From an uncultured Muribaculaceae bacterium (GTDB lineage Bacteria > Bacillota_I > Bacilli_A > RF39 > UBA660): DNA of 53,462 bases. The notes below the pieces were generated by a model that had not been told where the DNA came from, did not search any database, and was given only the letters and a program-made list of their open reading frames with translations. Every line of letters begins with the position of its first letter. Positions within the stretch are counted from its first letter, which is position 1. The stretch covers positions 3,294 through 56,755 of the forward strand of contig CAYJBC010000002.1 in assembly GCA_964368535.1 (NCBI GenBank), read 5' to 3'. Of this stretch, positions 16,182-25,422 are shown piece after piece. The position numbers and the translations under genes are program-made.

Positions 16182-18649
16182 TATTTTTCCTCCCTATTAA
16201 TTATTAATTTTGATTCTATATCATCTTTAATAATTTTATTTTTGAAATTATCGAAAACAACTTTCTCTAATTCTATTATCTTGTTTGTTCCTTTATCTAT
16301 AAATATATACTCTGCTAATGCTATACCAGTTTTATTTTTACTAGCAAATTTAGTTTCATCATTAATGTACATTGCTATTCTAAATCCATTTTTTCTTAAA
16401 TTTTTAATACTAGCAGCTTTTTTCATAAATAAATCGTAATTTATAAGATAAACAATATTTTTCTTAGCGTATTCTTCATTATTTTGTTTAAATAATCTTT
16501 CAAACTTAGCATCCTTTAAACATAAGCTATTTGGTATCATTACCATATATTCATTTACAAATTCTCCAGTAAGCATGTCATGAGATAACCTTGCTTGAAG
16601 TAGTGTAAGAAGCACATTAAGTTTGTCTTCTGCAACTATTCCTTCCATGTAAGCTTTAGTTACCACTTTATCACTGTATACTTGTGAAAAGTTTATATTA
16701 TGTTTTAAATCCAATAGGAATTTAGCTTTTTCAGTTTTAAAACTATGGTATATAAGTTCAAACATTTCTGTGTTAAGTCTATCTAAGAAATATTTTGAAG
16801 CTGATCTATAGTGTTTTTGAGAATGTATGATTTCTTTAACTGTATACTCTATATTATCATTTTCTATATCATAATCATGAATAAATTTAATAATTTCTTT
16901 TGTATAAAGTATTTTTTTGTTTCTCATATTAATATCTAGGTCCACTAAATATTCTAGTTTTGATATAAGTAATATTAAACTCGAGTATTTTATTAATTTT
17001 TCTTCATAAGATTTATCATTTCCTGAGTATACACTTGCAAGTTTGGCACTATCTTCTTCTAAGGCATATGACACTCTTGTTATTAGTTTTTTTATTCTTG
17101 CTGCATAACTTTTAGAAAAACCATTTTTTTCACTAATTACTGTTGTACTATTAAGAACTGCATATCTAGGTTTTTTTGCTGCTGCTTTTCTTGTTTCCAA
17201 TGCTGCCACTTTTTCACTAAATATATTGTAATATTTCGACTCCAAATAAGATTTAATTAAAGCTTTTTTTATTGATGCTTCATTAGTTAAAATTTTACTT
17301 TCACCAAATATTAAATCTATAGTTTTATTTATTTCTTCTTCTTTAATGGCCATAGTTCTAGCTATTATATTTTTACTTCTTTTATTTTCTGGTTTATTAA
17401 AAATCATTTCTAATGTGAATTTGGCCTCTTCTTCATCATTTTTCTTTTCTTTTTCTTTAATTGGTTCTTCCTCAACTGTTTTCTCAACTATTTCGGGTTG
17501 TTCAACAATTTCTTCTTCAACTTCAGGCATTTCATAATCTTCATCATCTGTACTTATTATGAAAGAATCATTTGATACTGGAATATCAACTTTTTCCTCT
17601 ACCACTTCATCAACTGTTTCTTCGTTTATATTCATTTCAAGAGGTAGATTTTCTTCAGTTTCTTCTTCAATAGTATTTATTACTTCTTCTTTTTGACTTT
17701 CAGCGAATCTTTCTTTAATTGTTTGTCCTTTTTCTGCACTTCTTGCTGGCTCATTACCTAATGGTTCATCTCCAGTAATAATCGGTCTATCATTAAAATC
17801 ATTTGGCTTTTCAATTTCTTCTTCAAAAGATTTTTCACTTACTAAGTCTTTGTCTTCATCAACTTCAATCATTCTAAAAAACATTGTTTTACTTAATTCG
17901 TCTTCTTTATCATAATCATCAATAATTTTTTCTTCTTCTATTTCATTTTCTTCATCAACATCAAATTTAGTGTGATCTTCTAACTTTTCTTCATAATCTG
18001 TAAATTTAGGTTGTGAAGCTACATTTTCAAAGGATTTTGTTGTGTTATCTTTAAAAAATTCTTCTTCTTCTTTTTGGTTACTAAATTTATTTTTAATTTG
18101 ATTAAACAAATATTTTATTTTTTTTATCACCTTGTTAAAACCTCCTTTTTTTAATTCTTTTGTATTAAATATATATACCGTTATTATTAATGCTATTAAA
18201 ACATATGGGTTAAATAATGTGTTTCTGAACACTCCAAATAAAGGTATTATCGTTACTACTTCACCAACTATTTGCTCTGTTCCAATTGGGTCATCTTCTT
18301 TGTTATTAGCGTCCCCTTTTGTAATATAAGTTTCACTATATTTTTCTATAACACGATGGGTAATAAAATTTCCATCTTGTTTGAATGTAACAATATCATC
18401 TAAATTAAAACTTTTCTGTTCTTTAACTATAATCCAATCACCAGCACTAATTTCTGGTTCCATGCTTCCTGTTTGTACTTCAAACATTGTGTAACCGAAA
18501 AAACTGGAATAATCATTTCCCAGAATTTTAACTTGTACAACATTATATAAAGATATCAAAAGTATTATTCCAAAAATAAATATTAAGACATCTAATAAAA
18601 TATTAGTAGCTTTTTTCATGTATTTATTAGCACCAATATTTGACAACAT
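16181..18649 (-). CDS. SipW-type signal peptidase domain fused to a ~650-aa acidic/helical C-terminal extension
   Basis: 822 aa. Residues ~15-165 are TM, then FEVQTGSMEPEISAGDWIIV, FITHRVIEK, YITKGDANNKEDDP, then a second TM (canonical SipW boxes). A long E/D/K-rich low-complexity stretch follows, then a helical domain. SD GGAAGG upstream. Confidence 0.75.
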   Translation of the reverse strand: MLSNIGANKYMKKATNILLDVLIFIFGIILLISLYNVVQVKILGNDYSSFFGYTMFEVQTGSMEPEISAGDWIIVKEQKSFNLDDIVTFKQDGNFITHRVIEKYSETYITKGDANNKEDDPIGTEQIVGEVVTIIPLFGVFRNTLFNPYVLIALIITVYIFNTKELKKGGFNKVIKKIKYLFNQIKNKFSNQKEEEEFFKDNTTKSFENVASQPKFTDYEEKLEDHTKFDVDEENEIEEEKIIDDYDKEDELSKTMFFRMIEVDEDKDLVSEKSFEEEIEKPNDFNDRPIITGDEPLGNEPARSAEKGQTIKERFAESQKEEVINTIEEETEENLPLEMNINEETVDEVVEEKVDIPVSNDSFIISTDDEDYEMPEVEEEIVEQPEIVEKTVEEEPIKEKEKKNDEEEAKFTLEMIFNKPENKRSKNIIARTMAIKEEEINKTIDLIFGESKILTNEASIKKALIKSYLESKYYNIFSEKVAALETRKAAAKKPRYAVLNSTTVISEKNGFSKSYAARIKKLITRVSYALEEDSAKLASVYSGNDKSYEEKLIKYSSLILLISKLEYLVDLDINMRNKKILYTKEIIKFIHDYDIENDNIEYTVKEIIHSQKHYRSASKYFLDRLNTEMFELIYHSFKTEKAKFLLDLKHNINFSQVYSDKVVTKAYMEGIVAEDKLNVLLTLLQARLSHDMLTGEFVNEYMVMIPNSLCLKDAKFERLFKQNNEEYAKKNIVYLINYDLFMKKAASIKNLRKNGFRIAMYINDETKFASKNKTGIALAEYIFIDKGTNKIIELEKVVFDNFKNKIIKDDIESKLIINREEK

Positions 18650-18685
18650 AAACTACCTTCCTATTCTAATTTCTTATTCTACTTA

Positions 18686-18714
18686 ATTTTACCATATCCG
18701 ACATATTTTGACAA
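18686..18714 (-). promoter_or_regulatory. Sigma-A-type promoter (extended -10) for the 18649->11672 operon
   Basis: Minus strand TTGTCA-17 nt-TAAAAT, with TGG immediately 5' of the -10 (TGnTAAAAT). Confidence 0.5.
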
Positions 18715-18724
18715 TCACTTTCAC

Positions 18725-18753
18725 AAAAAAAAGTAGACAAATTAATATCTACT
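18725..18753 (-). terminator. Weak intrinsic terminator after the degenerate SipW-like gene
   Basis: AGTAGA-N10-TCTACT hairpin spanning the stop codon, followed on the minus RNA by a T8 run. Confidence 0.45.
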
Positions 18754-19338
18754 ACTTCTTTCTACTTTTTTCGGTTTATTTTTCACTTTTTTTTGTTTTT
18801 TTTCTTCATAAACTCTTGGACTATCATCGTTTCCAAATTTTATTTCAACTATTAAAGCATATATTTGATAAATAAATATTAAGAAACAAGGAACTACTAT
18901 TAAGAAGAAGAACACCCATGTTGATTGTAATAAACCAACATATGTTCCTAAACCACTATATACTTCTGTTGCGCTTCCTGCGATAAATTTAGAAGAATAA
19001 GTCGGTCCATTTTCCAAAGTAACCGCATCTTCATCAATATGAACTTCCCCTACAAAGCCTAACTCTATATTTACTTTATCATTATCATTAATTTGAAATA
19101 AAAATATTTCATCGCCAACGTTAATATCTTTTAATGGTTCTTTTAAAGTAAGAACTAAGTCTCCTTTTTCATATTTTGGAGACGATATTTCATCACCTAT
19201 TATAAGAAGCGATGTGTTATCAAATTGCGTGATTCCAAATTCATCATCTCTATTTAGCAGTAATATTGACATACCTATTGCTATTATAAAAAATAATAAT
19301 ATTAATATTCCCACTATAATTTTTTTTACTATTCTCAT
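18742..19338 (-). CDS. SipW-like paralogue with degenerate catalytic boxes (possible pseudo-peptidase)
   Basis: 198 aa with the same topology as SipW (N-terminal TM, C-terminal TM, K-rich tail). SPKYEKGDLVLTLKEP aligns with IPKYEVGDILISIEKD of 12920..13492, but the GSM Ser box reads GDEISS and no TKG(D/I)AN box is present (LENGPTYSS). SD AGGTGAG. Confidence 0.55.
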   Translation of the reverse strand: MRIVKKIIVGILILLFFIIAIGMSILLLNRDDEFGITQFDNTSLLIIGDEISSPKYEKGDLVLTLKEPLKDINVGDEIFLFQINDNDKVNIELGFVGEVHIDEDAVTLENGPTYSSKFIAGSATEVYSGLGTYVGLLQSTWVFFFLIVVPCFLIFIYQIYALIVEIKFGNDDSPRVYEEKKQKKVKNKPKKVERSSRY

Positions 19339-19421
19339 TGTATACTCACCTACTATAAAATAATATCACACAAAATAAATTTTATCAATTGCAAATTTTA
19401 TTATTTTGCATATTTATTACA

Positions 19422-19446
19422 TAAAAAAACTATTAAAAATAGTTTT
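19422..19446 (-). terminator. Intrinsic terminator after argS
   Basis: AAAACTATT-ttt-AATAGTTTT stem followed by a T-run on the minus RNA. The stop codon lies in the stem. Confidence 0.6.
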
Positions 19447-21124
19447 ACATTTGACTTGGTATCTCTATACCAAGTAGATACAGCATTTCTTTTATAACTT
19501 TGTTAGTTAATTTTAATATAAACAGCCAATCATCTTTCTTGGTAATATTTGTTTCATTAATAATATGATTATTCCCATAAAATATATTAGCATTAGACGA
19601 CAAATTATATACATATTCACATATTATATTAGGTCTTCTTTCATTATACGCTAAATCTAATATTCTTCCTACTTCTAATAACTTCAACCTTAAATTTCTA
19701 TCAGTTTCATTATATATATTATCAGTAAAGGCACTCTCATTATATTCTAGCCCAATAATTTTATTAATTCTTAAATAAGTATATATTAGATAGGGACCTG
19801 TTTTTCCATTTACATCAGAAAATTTATTTAAATCAAATACATAGTCCTTTTCATACATCGTTTGTAAATCTGCAAATTTTAATATTGCTGTTGTTATCTT
19901 ATTTAAATCTTCTTCAGATAAATTTTTGTTATCTTCTCTTTTAGATATAAATATATCTTTAGCATCGTTCAATAAGTTTTCTAATTTCGGAGTTTCTCCT
20001 CCCCTTGTTTTATATGGTTTATTATCTTCCCCATTAGCTGTTCCATACCCAATATGTTCTAAATTATTTATTTTGAATAATCCTGCTTTATCACTTGCTC
20101 TAAATACTTGTGTAAAATGCAAGTTTTGTCTTAAATCAGTTACATATACTATTCTTTCTGCAGCAAATTCTTTTTTTCTTTGATAAATTGTGGCCAAATC
20201 TGTAGATCCATAAAGGTATGCTCCATTACTTTTTTTATAAATCAGTGGTGGTAATTCATTTTTATCTGTTTCTTTTTTTATATCTACTACCAATGCACCA
20301 TCACTTGTTTCTAAAACTGGTTCCATAATTTTGGTAGTTTCATCTAAATACTTGAAAGCATCAGACTCACCATACCAATAATCAAATTCTGTCCCTAATT
20401 TTTTATAACTTTTTTTCATATCTTCAACTGATACTTCACATATCTTTTTCCATAATGATGTGTACAATTCATTTCCTTCTTGAAGTTCTTTTGTAATTTG
20501 TGCACATTTTTCTTTTATTTCATCATTTTCTTTACAAGCTTTACTCATAAGAGGATATACTTCATCTAAATATTGAATCGAAAGGTTATTAACATCAATT
20601 TTATCTTCCAACATTTTGTAAATAACTTGACCTATTTGCAAACCTATATCACCCAGATGAACATCACTTATAACTTTATGACCATAAAATTCAATTATTC
20701 TTTTAATTGATTCTCCAATATTAGTAGTTCTCATATGACCCACATGCAAAGGTTTTGCTACATTTGGTCCACCATAATCAATTACTACTGTTTCTTTTTC
20801 TACTTTTTTTACACTATTTTTTATATCCTCAGAGAACAATTTTAAATATTTATTTATAAATTCATTACTTAATGTTAAATTTATAAAACCTGGCATACAA
20901 AATTCAACTTTTGAAAATGCATCATCTTGTTGATTTAGTTCTAATGCTATTTCTTCACCTATTTCCTTAGGGCTTTTACCATACTCTTTGGCAAGTTTAA
21001 ACAAATCATTACACTGGTAATCACATAGTTCTGGCCTATTAGATATAGTAATATTAACCTCTAATTCATAACCTTTTTTATTAAATGTTTTCTTTAATAT
21101 TTCTTTCAATTCTTCAATATACAT
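19445..21124 (-). CDS. argS: Arginine--tRNA ligase
   Basis: 559 aa. Class I HIGH box (AKPLHVGHMRT), ArgRS-like N-terminal and anticodon-binding regions. Preceded by a T-box leader. Confidence 0.9.
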   Translation of the reverse strand: MYIEELKEILKKTFNKKGYELEVNITISNRPELCDYQCNDLFKLAKEYGKSPKEIGEEIALELNQQDDAFSKVEFCMPGFINLTLSNEFINKYLKLFSEDIKNSVKKVEKETVVIDYGGPNVAKPLHVGHMRTTNIGESIKRIIEFYGHKVISDVHLGDIGLQIGQVIYKMLEDKIDVNNLSIQYLDEVYPLMSKACKENDEIKEKCAQITKELQEGNELYTSLWKKICEVSVEDMKKSYKKLGTEFDYWYGESDAFKYLDETTKIMEPVLETSDGALVVDIKKETDKNELPPLIYKKSNGAYLYGSTDLATIYQRKKEFAAERIVYVTDLRQNLHFTQVFRASDKAGLFKINNLEHIGYGTANGEDNKPYKTRGGETPKLENLLNDAKDIFISKREDNKNLSEEDLNKITTAILKFADLQTMYEKDYVFDLNKFSDVNGKTGPYLIYTYLRINKIIGLEYNESAFTDNIYNETDRNLRLKLLEVGRILDLAYNERRPNIICEYVYNLSSNANIFYGNNHIINETNITKKDDWLFILKLTNKVIKEMLYLLGIEIPSQM

Positions 21125-21350
21125 ATAACTCTCCCTTCAAAATAAAAAGTATCCTGTACAACATAAGGACGAGATTAACCCGCGGTACCACCTTATTTAT
21201 AGCAAGATACTATCAACTTCTAATGTAACGCATTTCTGCGGACCTTTCAGTCTGCTGGAAAAATTCATTCATAAGGTTATTTATTTATTCACACTATACA
21301 TAAACTCACTGAAAAACAACTTCTTATTACTACTTTTTTCGTTCGCATTT
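21125..21350 (-). promoter_or_regulatory. T-box leader (tRNA-sensing riboswitch) of argS
   Basis: Minus strand contains the canonical T-box sequence AAGGTGGTACCGCG (plus-strand 21181-21194). A GA/K-turn-like start TGCGAACGAAAAAAGTAG lies near 21345. Candidate AGA specifier followed by A at 21237-21235. Terminator-like stem and TTTTTATTTT lie just before the SD GAAGGGAG. Confidence 0.8.
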
Positions 21351-21371
21351 CTAAAATTATTATATCATTAT

Positions 21372-21698
21372 CTATTTATTTGTCAATATTTTACATTCAC
21401 TTAAGATTGCATTACTATTTATTATAAATTCTTTTCCATCAACTAAAACTATTGTATCATTGTTTATTTTTTCTATTTGATTAAGATAAAAACTAAAATA
21501 TACTTCTTTTTCTTTAACATAATCTACACCTTGAGCAATTCTTAAAGTTTCATTTATGCTTTCAGGCGTCTCTAAAAAAAGTAATCGTTTATTTGTTAAA
21601 CCTACTGTGGTGATTTTACTTTCACTATTATTTCCTACGATTATGTCTTCTTCTACAATTAACAAATTTTCTTCTTTTTCAAATATTATATTATACAT
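21372..21698 (-). CDS. Hypothetical small protein
   Basis: 108-aa ORF immediately downstream of the P-type ATPase gene. No motif I recognise. Confidence 0.4.
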   Translation of the reverse strand: MYNIIFEKEENLLIVEEDIIVGNNSESKITTVGLTNKRLLFLETPESINETLRIAQGVDYVKEKEVYFSFYLNQIEKINNDTIVLVDGKEFIINSNAILSECKILTNK

Positions 21699-21710
21699 AT
21701 AATTTTCTTT

Positions 21711-24308
21711 CTATTCATCTTTGAATGCACCTTGTAAAAATGGTTTTATCGCTTCATTTAAACTAAATACCGCTGCCACATATATAATTATGTATATTAA
21801 CTCAGAAATATTTAAGGTTACTATTTCAAACAATTCTCTAACTGGTGTTAAAAATAATATAAGTTGTAGTGCAATCAATATAATCATTGATATATTCATT
21901 ATTCTATTAGATAAAAAATCTTTATTAAATATATTTTTATATAAATTTCTACTAGTTAAAGCAAAGGTCATTTCTAATAGTATTAAACCTAAGAATGCAA
22001 TTGTTGAAGATTTTTCTGGACCAAATATAACATTAGATGTAAAGTACAAGGCTAAAACTGCAATTGCTTTTAAAATAGATGATATGGCAATTCTAGATAT
22101 TAAAAATGGTGTAAATAAACTATTTTTATTTTTCCTAGGATTTCTTTTCATTATATCTTTATCATTTTTTTCAAACGATAAGGCAATTGCTGGAAGTGAA
22201 TCAGTAACTAAATTAATATATAACAAATGTATTGGCAAAAATATACTTGCATTAAATAACATGGCAGTAAAAACTATTATTATTTCTGCTATATTTGCGG
22301 TAAGTAAGTAACATATTGCTTTTCTTATATTTTCAAAGATATTTCTTCCTTCTTCAACAGCTACCACTATTGTATTAAATGAATCATCTAATAAAACTAT
22401 ATCAGAAACATTTTTAGAAACCTCTGTCCCAGTAATCCCCATACCAACACCAACGTCAGATACTTTAAGTGCAGGAGCGTCATTTACTCCATCACCTGTC
22501 ATCGCAACTACTTTACCCTTTTTTTTCCATGCTTTAACTATTCTTAATTTGTGTTCAGGAGTAACTCTTGCATAAACACTATACTTATCCACAGTTTTTT
22601 CTAATTCTTCATCAGATATTTTTTCTAGTTCGATTCCTTCGATAGCAAAATCAGTGGCTTTATATATACCTACTTCCTTAGCTATTGCTATAGCTGTATT
22701 TATACCGTCTCCAGTGATCATAATTGGTTTAATTCCTGCTTTCAAACATGTTTGAATTGATTTTTTTACCGAGTCTCTTGGTGGATCAATCATTCCTACT
22801 AATCCTACAAATACTAAATCATTTTCTACTTCATTAATTTTATAACTCTTTTTCTTGTCTATAACTTTGTATCCTAAAGCTAATAATCTAAGAGCTTCTT
22901 CGGACATGTTTTTTTCTGCATTTAATATATCTTCTTTATGTTTATTCGTTAACTTTATTACTTTACCATTAATTAATATTTTATTACATATTTCTAACAT
23001 ACTATTTAAACTACCCTTAGTAAAAACTTTGTTTTTGATTTTGTCAGTTGTAATTATACTCATTAATTTTCGGTCTGAATCAAATGGGAATTCATACTCT
23101 TTTTTATATTCAGAGTATCTTTCTTTGCCATTTTCTTCAACATATTTATATAAAGCTACTTCCGTAGGGTCACCAATATATTTATTTTTGTCTTTATTTA
23201 CATCAACACATAACCACATAATTTGATTCATCAATTTGTTATCAGTTTTATCTATTATTTTATTATCAACATAAAACTTTCTTACTGTCATTTCATTTTT
23301 GGTTATAGTTCCTGTTTTATCTGATGCAATTATTTCAGTACTACCTAAAGTTTCAACTGACGAAATTTTTCTTACTACTGCATTTTTTTTAGCAAGTTTT
23401 GTCATACCTAATGATAATATTACTGTAATTACAGTAGGTAATCCTTCTGGGATTGCTGCTACTGCAAGAGATATAGCCATTATAAATACATGCATTAATT
23501 CCATTCCATTAACTATTCCTATAATTAACATTATGATTACAATTACGCCGATAATATAACTCAAAACTTTACTTATATTATCAATTTTCTTTTGTAATGG
23601 TGTTTTAAAATCAGATTCAGAACTTAATGATAAAGCAATTTTTCCAAGTTCAGTTTCCATACCAGTGTTAGTCACTATAGCTTCACATTTTCCGTAAACA
23701 ACACTACTTCCTGAATAAATCATATTTTTACGGTCACTAATTATTACATTTTCTTTTATTAGATTTATTTTTTTTTCAACTGAACCAGATTCACCAGTAA
23801 GAGATGCTTCTTCAACTTTAAGTGATGATACATAAAATAATCTTGCATCTGCGGGAACATAGTCTCCAGCTTCTAAAACTAATATGTCACCTGGAACAAG
23901 TGATGTCACATCTACTTTTTTTATTTCATTATTTCTTCTAATTTTAACACTTGCAGTTGACATTTTTTTTAATGCTTCAATTGCTTTATCTGCTTTAGAT
24001 TCTTGAATGAAACCTAATACTGCATTTAACAATATTATTGCCAAAATTACATAACTTTCAATAAATGATTCATTTTCTCTTATTGCTATTATAAAACTTA
24101 AAATGGCCGCAATAATCAAAACAATTACCATTAAATCCTTGAATTGTTCTAAAAATTTAATAATATTACTTTTCTTTTTCTTTTCAACAAGTTTATTTAA
24201 TCCATATTTTTCAACTCTTGATTTTACTTCAGAATCAGATAATCCTTCTTTATCACTTTTTAATATTTTAAATGTTTCATCTATAGTTTCTTGATAAAAT
24301 TTATTCAT
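21711..24308 (-). CDS. Cation-transporting P-type ATPase (Ca2+ type, P2A/YloB-like)
   Basis: 865 aa. TGES (SLTGESGSVEK), phosphorylation site ASDKTGTITKNEM, hinge MTGDGVNDAPALK, about 10 TM segments. Confidence 0.9.
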   Translation of the reverse strand: MNKFYQETIDETFKILKSDKEGLSDSEVKSRVEKYGLNKLVEKKKKSNIIKFLEQFKDLMVIVLIIAAILSFIIAIRENESFIESYVILAIILLNAVLGFIQESKADKAIEALKKMSTASVKIRRNNEIKKVDVTSLVPGDILVLEAGDYVPADARLFYVSSLKVEEASLTGESGSVEKKINLIKENVIISDRKNMIYSGSSVVYGKCEAIVTNTGMETELGKIALSLSSESDFKTPLQKKIDNISKVLSYIIGVIVIIMLIIGIVNGMELMHVFIMAISLAVAAIPEGLPTVITVILSLGMTKLAKKNAVVRKISSVETLGSTEIIASDKTGTITKNEMTVRKFYVDNKIIDKTDNKLMNQIMWLCVDVNKDKNKYIGDPTEVALYKYVEENGKERYSEYKKEYEFPFDSDRKLMSIITTDKIKNKVFTKGSLNSMLEICNKILINGKVIKLTNKHKEDILNAEKNMSEEALRLLALGYKVIDKKKSYKINEVENDLVFVGLVGMIDPPRDSVKKSIQTCLKAGIKPIMITGDGINTAIAIAKEVGIYKATDFAIEGIELEKISDEELEKTVDKYSVYARVTPEHKLRIVKAWKKKGKVVAMTGDGVNDAPALKVSDVGVGMGITGTEVSKNVSDIVLLDDSFNTIVVAVEEGRNIFENIRKAICYLLTANIAEIIIVFTAMLFNASIFLPIHLLYINLVTDSLPAIALSFEKNDKDIMKRNPRKNKNSLFTPFLISRIAISSILKAIAVLALYFTSNVIFGPEKSSTIAFLGLILLEMTFALTSRNLYKNIFNKDFLSNRIMNISMIILIALQLILFLTPVRELFEIVTLNISELIYIIIYVAAVFSLNEAIKPFLQGAFKDE

Positions 24309-24319
24309 TTTTTCACCCT

Positions 24320-25351
24320 TTACATTCCATATTCATCTTTTATTTCACCTACAATTTGTTCTAAAACATCTTCCATCGTTACTATACCTACATACTCTTT
24401 ATTTGATGTTACTATCGCAAATTGTTTTTTATTTCTTTTCATTTTACTAAAAACATAATTTATATAATCTTTAGTGGTTACTTGCAAGACTTCATGCATA
24501 AGTGTTTGTAATGTGATATTTTCATTATTTATATTCTTTAAAAGATCTTTAAGATATAAAATACCTACTATATTATCTTTATCTTCATCATATAGTGGAA
24601 CTCTATTATATTTATAGCCTTCTTTTTTTATAATTTCTAATGTTTGAGATATTGTTAAACTAGTATTCAAACTATAAACATATTTCTTTTCTAACATTAT
24701 TTCTTCCGCGGTTATATCATTAAATTCTAGTACATTATTAATTAAATTTTGTTCATATTTTTTTATCGCACCGCGCTCAGAACCTTCCGAAATAATCATT
24801 CTTATTTCCTCTTCAGTAATACGTTCTTCTTCATATTCATTTACACCAAATGATTTGGATACTTTATTAGTTATATTTGTTAACAGTAGTACTATTGGCT
24901 TTGTTACTAAGAAAATAAACTTTATTATTGAAACAGTATTATATGCAATTTTTTCGTCATGTTTCATTGCTATTCTTTTTGGTATTAATTCTCCAAATAA
25001 AAGCATAAACAATGAAAGCAAAATTGTTATAACAATTATTGATAGAGTATTCCAAGTGCTAAGTTCTATATTAGGGAATACATCATATAAAAATGGTGCT
25101 AATTTTTCTGAAAATGCTTCTGAAGCAAATGCTGATGATAAAAATCCAGCAAGTGTTATACCTATTTGTATTGTTGCTAAAAATGCACTTGGTGTTTTTA
25201 AAAGTTCTAAAACTTTCTTAGCTTTCTTATCACCTTTTTTAGCCCTGTCTTTAAACTTTATATCATTAATAGATATAAAAGCTATTTCTGTAGCAGCAAA
25301 AAATGCATTTATACATATTAATATAAATAATATTATTATCTGATTTATCAT
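24320..25351 (-). CDS. DUF21 (CNNM) transmembrane domain plus CBS-pair protein (TlyC/CorC-like)
   Basis: 343 aa. N-terminus INAFFAATEIAFISIND is typical of DUF21, followed by a tandem CBS-like region. No CorC_HlyC tail visible. Confidence 0.7.
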   Translation of the reverse strand: MINQIIILFILICINAFFAATEIAFISINDIKFKDRAKKGDKKAKKVLELLKTPSAFLATIQIGITLAGFLSSAFASEAFSEKLAPFLYDVFPNIELSTWNTLSIIVITILLSLFMLLFGELIPKRIAMKHDEKIAYNTVSIIKFIFLVTKPIVLLLTNITNKVSKSFGVNEYEEERITEEEIRMIISEGSERGAIKKYEQNLINNVLEFNDITAEEIMLEKKYVYSLNTSLTISQTLEIIKKEGYKYNRVPLYDEDKDNIVGILYLKDLLKNINNENITLQTLMHEVLQVTTKDYINYVFSKMKRNKKQFAIVTSNKEYVGIVTMEDVLEQIVGEIKDEYGM

Positions 25352-25396
25352 ACTATCACCATAATAAGTATATCATGAAAAAGATTTATATTAAAT

Positions 25397-25422
25397 AAAA
25401 AAGGAATATTAAATTTCCTTTT
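25397..25422 (-). terminator. Intrinsic terminator after the DD-carboxypeptidase gene
   Basis: AAAAGGAA-loop-TTCCTTTT hairpin overlapping the stop, with a T-run on the minus RNA. Confidence 0.5.

Noticed and set aside
17300-17950. Possible tandem DNA repeats in the acidic region of the 822-aa gene
   Set aside because: The region is compositionally biased (GAA/GAT/AAA codons), but I could not find a repeating unit with a fixed period. I treat it as low-complexity coding sequence.
6219-19338. The fibre locus as a mobile genomic island
   Set aside because: No integrase, transposase, flanking direct repeats or tRNA junction is visible. The only tRNA is 18 kb away. The slight GC elevation is confined to two highly Ala/Gly/Thr-rich genes.
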